A stretch of 63,420 bases of DNA, counting the filler, from Octopus bimaculoides (lineage: Eukaryota), in the NCBI RefSeq assembly GCF_001194135.2. It is 6 parts of 6 records of this genome, joined end to end, with 100 filler letters (N's around TTAATTAATTAA, not from the genome) between each part and the next. Parts side by side here need not be neighbours in the genome. Positions count along the whole stretch, not along the records: positions 10,432 to 22,979 come from NC_068982.1; positions 23,080 to 52,026 come from NC_068989.1; 4 more parts are not named here. The stretch is one strand, 5' to 3'. Made by a program: the position numbers and the translations under genes. Below, piece after piece: positions 12,123 to 24,204 of the stretch (positions within the stretch are counted from its first letter, which is position 1; each line of letters starts with the position of its first letter). The notes under the pieces were generated by a model that saw only the letters and a program-made list of their open reading frames with translations, was not told the DNA's origin and searched no databases.

Positions 12123-12382
12123 GGGCATATGGCGTAGTGGTTAAGAGCACGGGCTACTAACCCCAAGATTCTGAGTTCAATTCTAGGCAGTGACCTGAAT
12201 AATAACATCAAAAAATACCTTAGGAATGAGAACCCAGGTTCGAAATTTCCCCAAGACACCTGATGAAGGCTGAAGGGTATATCAGCTGAAACGTTGTGTT
12301 AAGAACAAACAAGATGAGGACAAATATCTGTCAAATGTAAATTATGTCCATAATTGCTCATCTCTGAAATATGGAACTGTAT
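12123..12382 (+). mobile_element. Hammerhead-tailed tRNA-SINE, full-length forward copy
   Basis: A-box TGGCGTAGTGG (12130-40); anticodon-like arm GGG-CTACTAA-CCC; B-box GAGTTCAATTC (12173-83); short AAT linker; hammerhead at 12255-12300. Confidence 0.85.
12255..12300 (+). ncRNA. Minimal type I hammerhead ribozyme
   Basis: Stem I GACAC/GTGTT; core CTGATGA (12260-66) + A; stem II GGCTGA/TCAGCT; GAAAC (12288-92); cleavage triplet GTT (12293-95); palindromic ACGT stem III as in Penelope-like element hammerheads. Confidence 0.8.
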
Positions 12383-13324
12383 TATGCAGTAGATTGTTCT
12401 GTGATGATTGTGTAATTCACTTTTCAGGTGCAGATTCAATCTAGAATCACTTTCAGTGGAGCAGAAAAGGTAACAGTCCTGCTATTTTACCTACCATTAA
12501 CTGTAGTATCTCATCATGTAGCCACCAATAGTAGCACATGGTGTTTAATCCACAAGAGGGTGAATGTGGTTCCTCACATTCAAGCCAGTGTCACCTGAAC
12601 CAGTAATACCATGGATCACACCGTTCACCTCATTAGCAAGATGAAAATTAGTTTTAAATAACATTTCAACAAAACCTACATCTCAGTCATTGTTTTGTTA
12701 TTTATTTTAAGGTTTTAATGAGAAATTGGTTTGGGTGCTAATGACAGCTATTGAGGCAGAAACATGTGTCCATTGATTGTCCTCTCCATACAATGAGCTT
12801 GTCCTTAAAGGCATGTCAGCTTTGGAGAATTTTTGATTCTTGAAATTATTTCCCGTTCCCATATCAAGCTAGTCCTAATTGCCATTCGGTAATTATGAAG
12901 CATCCTTTAGAGACAGAGATAAATGTAGCAAATCCAGAATTTGCAAACCCAGGTGAACCTAACCGTAGGTGTTGGTCTCGGTGGTAGTAGCAAATATTTT
13001 AATGTTGTATGGTATTTGGTAGACATGTATTTGTCTGTGCGGATCATTGTAAATCTGTGTTCTAATAACCTAAAATATTTTGGGTGAGTCCGGTTCAGAC
13101 GTCATTCTGGTTTGAAACACGTAATATTCTGTGTTTGTGTAACCCTGATGTGAACTTCCAAAGCATAATTACTATGTTATTCTATAACCCTTTGTATTCA
13201 GTATCTTGCTAGCAACCCTGATGTGTTCCCTACAGCTGTACATTGACCCCCCACCCAATAAACGTAATCTTATTCTGCCCAGACCAACCACACCAATTCC
13301 AACATAGAATCATGCCACCAAAAA

Positions 13325-13327
<3 letters not shown>

Positions 13328-13376
<49 letters not shown>
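13328..13376. repeat. (TG)n microsatellite
   Basis: Direct reading. Confidence 0.95.
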
Positions 13377-13379
<3 letters not shown>

Positions 13380-15021
13380 ACAAACTTGTGTTCAATGGTA
13401 TTTTTATCCTTGTGAATTAGTCAAGTCATTTCTTTCAAGCTGCTCAGTAAAAAATGCCTTATCTGTGAAAGTTTAGAATTATCTCTGGGTCTGGCGGTGC
13501 CGATGGTACTGCTGCTGCTGCTGCTGTCCAAGAGAATTGGTAACAGTGGGTGGTGGTGTTTGTTTGTTTGTTTTTCTTTGGACAGAATGTTGTGGATTTT
13601 GTAACAGATTCTTAGTCTTGGTTGGACAACAGAAACTCTGCTAGTTTCCCCACCCCACACCTGCTACCCCCAAACCTGTCTGATAAGCCCTCTGCCCACT
13701 TCTAAACTCTAGCATTCTTTATTGCTCATACCATTCCTTTCAATTCTATAACTGCTCTGTTTGTTGGCTATTTTATTTCTTATTAATTTACTTGTTTTTT
13801 TTTTTAAAGGTTGTTTTTTTCTTTTCTAATCTATTTCATCAATGTTTACCATTCCTCACTTCAGTGAGATTCTTCACAGCCTCCAGCAGAAGAAATTTAG
13901 TTTCCATCCAACAGTGTTTTAAAATTTAAACTTTTTTCCTCAAAAACAAACAAACCTACTTACAGCCAAAACCAGGCCATTTTCTCTGTATTTTTAACCT
14001 TTTGGGTTTTTACACACAACACAAAGAAAACACAAAACCATAAAGGCAAATCAGTCAATATAAATTTGTAATTGTCATCAGCCAATGTAGTAATACAGGA
14101 AGAAGAAGTGGTAGTAGTAGTAGTAGTAGTGGCAGTGGCAGTGTTGGTGGTGGTGGTGGTGGTGCTGCTGCTGCTAGTGTTGTATGCGAAGGTTGGTAGG
14201 ATGGTGAAAACACTCATGCTTGTCCATGTTGTACATTTAATTGGCGCAGGAGGCCTTGCGTCACGCAACTGGTGTTAGCAACACAAACAAAACAGGATCA
14301 GGAAGTTTGTCTCTCTCACTCCGCGTGTATCAGCTTTATTTTTCTTCATCAAACGAGGATATATATACCCACACACACACACACATATGTATGCAGCAAC
14401 AAACACACAAACACACACAGCACCCAATGTGACCAAGTGTTGTAAGTTCAACTTGTTATTATTTTTGTTTCTTAGTGACTTGTAACATTTCCGTACCAAA
14501 CTATATCTACGTACCGCTGCAAGTGGCATCGTTTTATACCTTCTGCTAGTTNNNNNNNNNNNNNNNNGGGGGGGGGGGGGGGGAGGTGTCTGTTTCAAGA
14601 TTTCAAAGAATTTCTCCAAGATTTTAAAGTTTTTCAACAACGAAATCTCAACTTATTATTCTTAAAGGAAACTCTAAACGTTAATAATAATAGTGATTGC
14701 TTTTATTTACCACAAGGGCAGAAGATGAAGAGATACTACAAAGACAGACGTGTAGAGTGGTGGTGGGGAGGGGGGTACATATAATGAAATGATGAAAACT
14801 AAGTAAATATGGAAAGAAGTACACCTGGCATAGAATAAAAGAAAGAAGGAGGGGGAAAAGGATGAGAGGGGAATGTTGTCTTCCTCATACAGGAGGACCT
14901 CTAGGGGTAATTGAGGAACCCCCACCATCCAAGATCTCAATACCAACAGCAAGTGTTCTCTCCAAACCTTTTCTCCAACAGGCAAGGTTACTCTTAGAAA
15001 TAATAATTATGGTAATGAACT

Positions 15022-15147
15022 TAGGAATGAGAACCCAGGTTGGAAATTTCCCCCAAGACACCTGATGAAGGCTGGAGGGTATATCAGCTGAAATGTGTTA
15101 AACAAGATGAGGATAAATATCTGTCAAATGTAAATAAGGTAAATAAT
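15022..15147 (+). mobile_element. Third, 5'-truncated copy of the hammerhead-bearing tail
   Basis: TAGGAATGAGAACCCAGG...GACACCTGATGAAGGCTGGAGGGTATATCAGCTGAAATGTG; flanked by direct repeat GTAATGAACT (15012-21, 15148-57). Confidence 0.85.
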
Positions 15148-15385
15148 GTAATGAACTCTTGTTCTTAATGAATTATTTCTAAATTTGGCAAAAAGATAGC
15201 TATATTAGTGGGGGGGGGGGTTAGTTCATTTGGTTAATTAAAGCCTGGATTAATTGTTCGATGGTAACACCAAACTCTAAATGTAAAAACGATGTTTACT
15301 TGCTTTTTACTGTTTTCTAGTTTAGGACAAGGGACTTCATTAGTCTGTTGTTGTCGTTATTATTATCATTATTATTATTGTCATT

Positions 15386-15590
15386 AAGCTGGCAGAATCG
15401 TTAGCATGCTGGGCGAAAAGCTTAGCGGCATTTCGTCCATCTTTACGTTCTGAGTTCAAATTCCACTGAGGTCGACTTTGCCTTTCATCCTTTCGGGGTC
15501 AATAAAATAAGTACCAGTTAAACACTGGGGATTGATGTAATCAACTTACCCTCCCCAAAATTGCTGGCCTTGTACCAAAATTTGAAATCA
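15386..15590 (+). mobile_element. SINE family B
   Basis: Head and body match the other copies. Confidence 0.85.
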
Positions 15591-16076
15591 TTATTACTAA
15601 TATTGTTATCATCATCATCAGTATTATTATTGTTGTTGTTGTTATTATTATTATTATAATTATTGTAGCATTTTGTTCATGTGCTGAGTTCAAATTCCAC
15701 AAAGGTCAACTTCACTCTTTCTTCCTTTGGGGATTGATTAAATAAGCACTAATTGAGCTCTGAGGCTGAACTAATTGTCTAATAAACCCCCACCCATTCC
15801 TCCCCCAAAAAAATTCAGGTCTTGTGCTTATAGTAGAAAGGATTATTATTATTATTATTATTATTATTTATTATTATTATTTATTATTATTATTTAGTAG
15901 TAGTAGTAGTAGTAGTATTGGTGTATTTGTTAAGTGCCTCTAGTAAAGATAATGCTTTCATTTATTCTCGGAATTATATAAGAATTTGTCTACACTCCCT
16001 TTTTAATATTCAATCTCTTTCGTTATAACTACGCTTGTGTGTGTGTGTGGTGTACGTACATATGTATATGCGTGTG

Positions 16077-16172
<96 letters not shown>

Positions 16173-17424
16173 TATATATATATATATACATATATGGTAT
16201 GTACATGTAAGTATAATAAAATGAAAAGATGGACAGGAAGTTGTAAGACACCAAGTCATTTATTATAACATATTTCCAGAGAAGTGACTATAATGTGTTG
16301 GTGTATCTCCGGCATCTGTCTATCTGCTTTTGTATCCATAAACCTTTTTCTATATCCTTAATCTCTTCCACCCACGAACCTTTAAAACTTTTAAATCCAT
16401 AAATCTATTACAGAAAATTAACCCACCCTCCCCCTCCTCCTTTTTGCTCTTCTACTTTTTTGCTTTATTTTAATTTCTTTTGTTCCACCCTCGCCCCTTT
16501 ACCTGACACTGTTACCCTCTTATCTTACTGTACAGAAGTGACCATTAGAATACATAAATTTAGGGAAATGCCAAGAGAATCTGGAGAGCACGAGGTTTTA
16601 GTGATTCCTCCTCCCAGACCGGTAGAAACGTGTGTGTGTGTGTGTATAAGTTCTAGGTATATTCGAACATCATCCTTGCTGATATTTCGATAAAGAGGTT
16701 TTCTCTACTTCTTTGAAGTAGAAAAATATAAACTGTTTTTTTTAACCTAATTATTAATTTGTGAAAAATCAAAAAAAAATCTCGTCTATAGTATTTATAA
16801 TAAAAACCCTAAAAAAATAAGCAGTAAAACATATTTTAGTTGAACAATCTGTATAAAGCAATATTCCCCTTTTATAGATTTACAGCCTTAAGATTTCAGG
16901 GCAAAATGAATTCCAGCTGGTCTTGTTTTGAGTTTTTAATTTTCTTCCCTGTTTAAAGAATTTTGCTGTTCTCCTTCTGTGTATTCATTGTAAAGTAATC
17001 CCAGGGATCTTACAAACTTTGACATGGGTTGCTGGGTCCTTCAAACTAAATCATTAGCCTTTTACCTCTCTTTTTAATATTGGGTTTCAAAAGAAAACCT
17101 TAGGTAGAAAAAGTTTACGGTTAGCCCTGGGACTTGAACCCACATCTCTTGTAGACATGACAGGTGATTTACAACTGTACCAAAGTAATCATCTGAATTT
17201 TTTCTCCCCATTTTAGAAATTTTGTTCTTATCAGGAAGGATTATGTTGTTGACATGATAAAAAAAATTTTAAACTTTGAAAGGTTTAAAGTTTGTTTTTT
17301 TTAACCATTGAACTAATATTTCATTGTGGTTATTTCAAGTGAAACTTGATTGAACAAACTTCTGATCTAAGATGCTCCAGCCATGACCATCTCTATCTTA
17401 TAATTAGACATACTGTATAGGATT

Positions 17425-17643
17425 AGTCTGTATTAAGGAGCATAAGGCCAGTTTCCCCGTTTCTCTCTGGACGGGTCACCGGTCCATTGCAGGATTCCTC
17501 ATTTTTACCTGTTGATTGGGCTGCAGCAACGTGAAATGAAGTGTTTTGCTCAAGAACACAATACATTGCCCAGTCCAGGAATTGAAACCACACTCTTACA
17601 ATCGTGAGTCCAGCACCCTAACCACTAAGCTATGCTCTTCCAC
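17425..17643 (-). mobile_element. tRNA-derived SINE with V-domain-like core
   Basis: Reverse complement: TAGCTTAGTGGTTAGGGTGCTGG...TGTGTTCTTGAGCAAAACACTT...CCTGCAATGGACCGGTGACCCGTCCAG. The V-SINE assignment is from memory. Confidence 0.65.
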
Positions 17644-18092
17644 AGACATACTGAATATAGGATCTCAATATTCAATGTGTCCTCCCATTTGTTTAAAAGA
17701 TGAATATTGAATATTGGATGCTATTTTTAGCAGATCAAATGACCCTATAGAGTCTCTCCTGTAAGTAGTGATGGTCACTATCAACAAGAGTTAGCTTACA
17801 TAAAAAAATCTCTACAGCAAAATTTGAGATCAATGTATAATCCACGTTGATCAATATTTAATCCACATTGATCAATGTTTAATCTATATTGATCTCTTTC
17901 GGATAAAACCACAACAGTTTCCTGTTTGTTAAATTCAAACATGATATTTCAAGTAGTTATGTTTCTTTTAATCCTTTTCTTAGAAATCCAACTGTGACCA
18001 CCCTTACGTCCATGATCCAAACTTCTTTTAATGTGATCAAAATTAAAACCTTTCATCCAAATTCCATTTTGTTCCAAACACCAACTTAAATA

Positions 18093-18305
18093 TTGATTTC
18101 AAATTTTGGCACAAGACCAGCAGTTTTGGAGGAGGGGTAAGTTTATTATCGGACCCCAACGCTCAACTGGTACTTATTTTATCAACCCCGAAAGGATGAA
18201 AGGCAAAGTCGACCTCAGTGGAATTTGAACTCGGTACGTGGCGACAGGCAAAATACCACAAAGCATTTCGCCCGATGTGCTAACGATTCTGCCAGCTTGC
18301 CACCT
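18093..18305 (-). mobile_element. SINE family B
   Basis: Reverse complement of the family consensus. Confidence 0.85.
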
Positions 18306-18330
18306 TAATTATAATAATAATAATAATAAT

Positions 18331-18383
<53 letters not shown>

Positions 18384-18735
18384 TAATAATGATAATAGGA
18401 TTTGAACTCAGAACTTAAAGAGTTGGAATGATGATGATGATGATGATGATGATGGTGGTTGGGTATTAGTTAAGCTGTATTTCATTTTGTTGCTCTTAAT
18501 TCTTCTCTTTTACTTAGACATGTTTCTGTCATTGTATTTCAGTGTTGTGTAGACCCAACAGATTTCTCCTCCTGTTTCCTTCAGTGATAGTCTTTAACAA
18601 AATGTTCATAGGAAATAGATTTTAATGAATCGAGTTTGAAAAAAAACAAGAAAAAAAAGCAAAATCTATTTCTCATCACTAATTAAGAAAGAAAAAAATA
18701 TTTATAAAATAAAAAAAGACAATTTAAATCATCAG

Positions 18736-18910
18736 TGAAGTGAACTTAATCTTCATGGTTGAATTACGCTCAAACCATTCAACAGAGCCATCAGGCCAAC
18801 ACATCGTGTTCAATCGACCACGAACAGATAAAATGGCATCCAAATCAGGCCAAGACAAGTTGGTGCGTAAAGCACGGCACCACAAACGGGTTCAAAGAAG
18901 TTTTTCTGAT
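18736..18910 (+). CDS. Candidate internal coding exon of an unidentified gene (EVNLIFMVEL...RHHKRVQRSFSD)
   Basis: Non-repetitive open frame between an AG (18734-35) and a GTAAGC donor (18911); the antisense frame is also largely open. No domain recognised with certainty. Confidence 0.3.
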
Positions 18911-19084
18911 GTAAGCTACAGGTTTTTATTTTGCTTTTTTTTTTCTTCTTTTATTTTGCACGGACTTCTTTTCTCTCAGTTTCTAATTTCCGTCTCCGCC
19001 TTAAGCAAGATTTTCTGTGCATGAGATGATGTAATTGTGGCTTTTGAGGTCTCGAGATTTCTTAGCAAATAACTTTATAATCAC

Positions 19085-19510
19085 ATAATAGGTGCACACA
19101 TGGCTACATGGTTAAGAAGTTCACTTCCTGATCACATGATTTCATTTTCAAATCTATTGCACAGCACCTTGCGCAAGTGCATTCTACTCTGGCCCTGGCT
19201 GTAATGTGTGTGTGTGTGTGTGTGTGATTCCCTCGTGTTCACTGGTCCGTAAATCTTGGCTTCCTGACATATTTTCACATGCTGTGTGATCTTTGTAAAC
19301 AAAAAGCTCCTTAAATAGTGTTGTTTGTCTCCAGTTCCCAGCATAAAAATACATGTCTAGGCTGTTAACTTTTCAGTACATTGAGGGGAATATCATCTCA
19401 TTTGGAAACCTGTAGAAGATGGCAACAAGACCTGCATCTGGTTTCACAAATGCTTTGCCTCAGTGTATTTTCAGCTGAGCCATGCAAACATGGAAAAGTA
19501 GATGTTAAAG
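19085..19510 (+). mobile_element. Degenerate SINE with family A-like head and RTE-like tail
   Basis: Head GGTGCACACATGGCT..GGTTAAGAAG; tail ...CATGCAAACATGGAAAAGTAGATGTTAAA. Confidence 0.55.
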
Positions 19511-20060
19511 CATTTACGAGTATAAACAAAACACATACACTATGTGTTTGTGAGTGATACTGTTAGTTTAATCAAACATCTCTCAATCATAATTTGTCTG
19601 AATAAGTCTCAAAAGAACAATTAGATTTGACTCTTTTAGGATTATAATTTATCAAGTTCTCTTGGTTAGCTCCAAGATATTATAAAGTTGGGGGCAGGTA
19701 TAGAATCTAGAAATGGAATCGAAACCATGCTGCTGACAGCCTAAGAGTTCTAACTATACTTTTAGTCATGATATGAGTCATTAATACAATAAGTTGTAAG
19801 CTGGAAGAATTGTTAGCACACCAAACAAAATACTTTGTGGCATTTTGTCTGTCTTTGTGTTCTGAGTTTAAATTCAGCCGAGGCCAACTTTACCTTTCAT
19901 CCTTACGGGGTCGATAAGAACCAGTTGAGCCNNNNNNNNNNNAATGTAATTGGCTCACCCCCACCTCCCAAATTGTTGGTCTTGTGCCAAAATTTGAAAC
20001 CAAGATCAAAAGCTATTGGTTTTGTAGTTCTCAAAAATGATTCCAAATAATCTGATTCGA

Positions 20061-20280
20061 ATGCCCTTCCTAACACCAACTACTCCGAGAGTGTAGTGGG
20101 TAAAAAGCACCCACTACACTCTTGGAGTGGTTGGCGTTAAGAAGGGCATCCAGCTGTAGAAACCTTGCCAGATCAGATTGGAGCCTGGTGCTGTCTCCTG
20201 GCTTGCCAGTCCTCACTCAAACCGTCCAACCCATGCCAGCATGGAAAGCGGACGTTAAACGATGATGAGGATGATGATGA
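20061..20280 (+). mobile_element. RTE-tailed repeat with an inverted 5' duplication forming a 41-bp hairpin
   Basis: 20061-20101 pairs with 20109-20149; tail CCGTCCAACCCATGCCAGCATGGAAAGCGGACGTTAAACGATGATGA. Confidence 0.75.
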
Positions 20281-21435
20281 GGATGTCTGTGTTGGAAGGA
20301 TGTAAGGTGGCAACTGTTTTAGTCAAATTTAAATTCCTTGTTAACATTAAAAAAAAAATTTTAGTTCTGTAGATGTAAATCCATCACAGAATGATTTAGT
20401 TTTATTCCCCATGTCTGTGATACGGTACTGGATGACGAGGAAAACAGATGCAAGAAGACTAGTTTTATTTTTGAAATGAATGTTAGTTGTGGATCACCAT
20501 GTCTTGGATCACCATGGCCACCACATTGGTGCCACTCAGGTTCACATGCAGTTTTTTTTTCTTTTTTTTTTATGTTTCTTCTTTGGCACACATAAAGTCA
20601 TTTCTGTTATATATACTATATCTGTGTTCCACCTACATTACATGTATGTTACACATATATCATGTATTAAATATCTATATATTGTCGTTACATAATCTTT
20701 ACGTTCAACTCTGTTGTGTCTGTTATTTGTTTGCTGTAACATTACGTGTGTACTTCCTATCTGTACTCCTCTATTATATATAGAGTTCAGTAAGATAAGA
20801 TGGTAACATCATTCGTTAAGAGGAAAATGAGAAGAAATAAGATTCGAAAGAGTAGAATAAAACAGGATGAGACACAATAAAGTAGGGAAATGAAAGAAGA
20901 CTGAGTGAAAGAACAGAGAGTAAAAGAGAGTTGAGTGCAAAGAGGTTTCATTTTCTGTTATCGGTTGGGGAGTATAAATTGTTTTTTTTTTTCAAAACAT
21001 CACAGATAGAAAAGTTCTAAAAGTTGAAAATTTGTTTAAAGATTTATTGCTTTTCTTTATTTTATCTTATTTCTTCTCCTCTTCCTCTTTACTAAACAGA
21101 GTTACTCTGTTATCTTACTAAAATGGAACCATGTGGCCTGTGATTATATCAACACATAAATAGAGTACCTGTTATTGCCTTGTTATATGTACTCCTGTAC
21201 TCTATAATGAGTACTTGTTTAATGTTTTAGTGTTCTGGCCTGGTTTACAACTGAGGAATATCTTTTTAAGTCCTGCTACTAGTAAAAGATGTTCACATTT
21301 GGTGTTAGACCTTGGTAAGGTACCTGACCATTGCTTAATTGGTCAAGCATTATGTCTGGTCTCTAAATCTGGCCCTTTGTACCTCTCGTCCACAAAATAG
21401 TAAAGGACAAAAAATTTTAGGTCTTCTAGAGAAAA

Positions 21436-21528
21436 TTATGTGTGGCAAGTGTCTTCTTCTTTGGCCCTGGGGCAACCAAAGCCTTGTAAGTGAATTTGTT
21501 AGATGGAAACTGAAAGAAGCTCATCATA

Positions 21529-21559
<31 letters not shown>

Positions 21560-21800
21560 GTCTCTTTGCCTTGGCATTATGTGACAGTTGTAAACAAATG
21601 TCCCCATCATGCAACCAGTGACCTTCGTTTCCAATCTTCCATGAAAACATGTCTGGTCATGGGGAAATATTGCTTTGATTGGAAACAGGGTTGATGATAG
21701 GAGGAGCATCTGGCCAGAAAAAATCTCCCTCAAAAACTCCATCCAACCCATGGAAGCATGAAAAAGTAGATGTTAAAAGATGTTAAAAGATGATGATGTA
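21436..21800 (+). mobile_element. SINE with CORE-like body and RTE-like tail
   Basis: GGCAAGTGTCTTCT...AAAGCCTTGTAAGTG...GGAAACTGAAAGAAGC, then tail CCATCCAACCCATGGAAGCATGAAAAAGTAGATGTTAAAAGATG. Confidence 0.65.
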
Positions 21801-22317
21801 TGTGTGTTGTTGTTGTTGGAAATGGTTGCCATATTTGATCTCCTTGGATGAAATTATCTAGATAAGTAATCTGTATTTGATCACTTCACCTGCTATAGAA
21901 ATAGCAGCCAAATCTCCCTCACATCTTACTTTACCATTGTTTAAATTGTAGATATACAACACCTGGAAAATCAAAACTGGAGTGATTCTGGTTATTGATC
22001 TGCTCAATCATGTACAACCTAGGGCTAAACAGCAGCAGCTACAAATGAGAAAGATAAACCTTTTAGCATTTAAACCAGACCCCATATCCAACCAAAATGT
22101 TCTCCCTGTTTTATATTCAAGCTGACCAGATCTAGCCTCTCTAACCAACCCTACAATATCGTTCTACAACTTAAGTTACCTCATCAAAGTCTCAAGGCTA
22201 CAGGATAATGCCAGATTAATTGAAAACAATGTGAATCAAGAAGTATTAGATTTGACAGAGTAATGTGAAAGTGAAAGGACAGCCAGACTTGGTAAACACT
22301 GACAATTTTGTTATATA

Positions 22318-22535
22318 GGCGTAGGAGTGGCTGTGTGGTGAGTAGCTTGCTCACCAACCACATGGTTCCAGGTTCGGTCCTACTGTGTGTCACCTTGGGC
22401 AAGTGTCTTCTACTATAGCCTCGGTCCAACCAAAGCCTTGTTAGTGGATTTGGTAGACGGAAACTGAAAGAAGTCTGTCGTATGTGTGTGTGTGTCTGTG
22501 TTTGTCCCCTCCAACATCGCTTGATCTGGTGATCA
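22318..22535 (+). mobile_element. SINE family A (CORE-like), 5' half
   Basis: GGCGTAGGAGTGGCTGTGTGG...CACCTTGGGCAAGTGTCTTCTACTATAGCCTCGG; resembles octopus OR-type CORE-SINEs (from memory). Confidence 0.85.
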
Positions 22536-23079
22536 TGAATACAACACCCTAACCACTCGGCCACAAGCCTTCATATCTATATGATGATGATGATGATGAT
22601 GATATATCAGGTATCGACCAGACTATCAGATGGTGTTATACATCGCTGGTCATCTTTTATTCCATCGAATACAGTGTTTGATGTTTTGAACTTAGTATTT
22701 CTTTTGGAAAGAAGGAATTTAATAGAATTCTTTCTGAACAGAAGCCAGGACAGAGCACTCCAAGAACTTAGTTTTGTATTTTCATTACCATTTTCTACCT
22801 TGTCTTATTTTCCATATACATATCAACTCGTGTGTTCCTTTTCAACCTTCTACATATATATATATGTGTATGTACATATAGATATACATATGTACGTATA
22901 TATATGTATGTATATATATGTATGTACGTGACAAAACTCGACGCTTTCCACTCCACGATACCAGACGAACCAATGGCTCNNNNNNNNNNNNNNNNNNNNN
23001 NNNNNNNNNNNNNNNNNNNNNNNTTAATTAATTAANNNNNNNNNNNNNNNNNNNNNNNNNNNNNNNNNNNNNNNNNNNN

Positions 23080-23128
<49 letters not shown>

Positions 23129-23559
23129 ACATATATATATTTATGCACACACTGTCTGCTATATGTGTGCCAATGTGTTTGATAAAAATATACGGAAATG
23201 TGCATACATTTATTTGCATATCTAGTGGTTATATATGCACTCATATCAAAACGCATGGATACATATTTACATAAATCTACATATATTTATATATTTCAAT
23301 TTACATTACCATAAACACAGACACACACATATGTTATCGCGTAATGCACCTGTGCAGATTATAGTTGAAGATACATAAGTTCTCTGAGTGTTTCGAGGGT
23401 GTTTTTTTTATTAAGGAGACACCCTCACTGAAATGATACTGTATTTTTTTTTTAAGGAGATATTCTCACTCAAATGATCCTGCAATACTGCAGAGAGAGA
23501 AAAACTCAGTCATTGGCTCACTCTTCTGATCCGCAACCACTTTCAAGCAACTCGGTAGT

Positions 23560-23810
23560 CAACTTGACAGCCTTACATCAGTGATTAACAAGGTTAAATA
23601 ATACATACATTATGTAGATTACAAGTTCAGATTTATACCTTTAATCATTGGAGTGCTTGGATGTGTTCCGCACTGCCTAAGTACCAATCTTGAAAAATTA
23701 GGCTTCTCAAAACCAGAAAGGAGAAAGCTGATTCGTTCGAAGATTGGTCATCCAAGCCATCACTGGAACTGTAAATGTCTGTAAAACTTTACAGAAGTCT
23801 ATCATTTAAA
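23560..23810 (+). mobile_element. R4/Dong-like RLE LINE C-terminal remnant
   Basis: FIPLIIGVLGCVPHCLSTNLEKLGFSKPERRKLIR..., the end of the RLE domain, frameshifted. Confidence 0.65.
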
Positions 23811-24003
23811 ACAAAATATACAAATCTGCACATGCACTGATTCCAAATACTGCACATATACACAGACACATGCAAAAGTACCCTGTTGATATTGTTGAAA
23901 TTCCAACGAAGGAGCCTGGGATCTAGGTTAAAGAACCGGCTCTTTCTCTATTTGCAAGAAATCTTGAAATAAAACTGAATAATCACATGCATAAATACAT
24001 ACG

Positions 24004-24046
<43 letters not shown>

Positions 24047-24079
24047 ACACACACAAACACACACACACACACACATATA

Positions 24080-24120
<41 letters not shown>

Positions 24121-24204
24121 AAAAGAAGTATACAAGGTGCAAAGATACTGAAGATTCAGTATACACTACGTGACAAAATTATGAGTTGAAAATATGTGAA
24201 GAAC

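Noticed and set aside
17119-17185. tRNA-like sequence on the minus strand with a good B box
   Set aside because: No intact acceptor or D stems; at most a SINE head or tRNA pseudogene. The tRNA-like heads at 6271 and 12123 are likewise SINEs, not tRNA genes.
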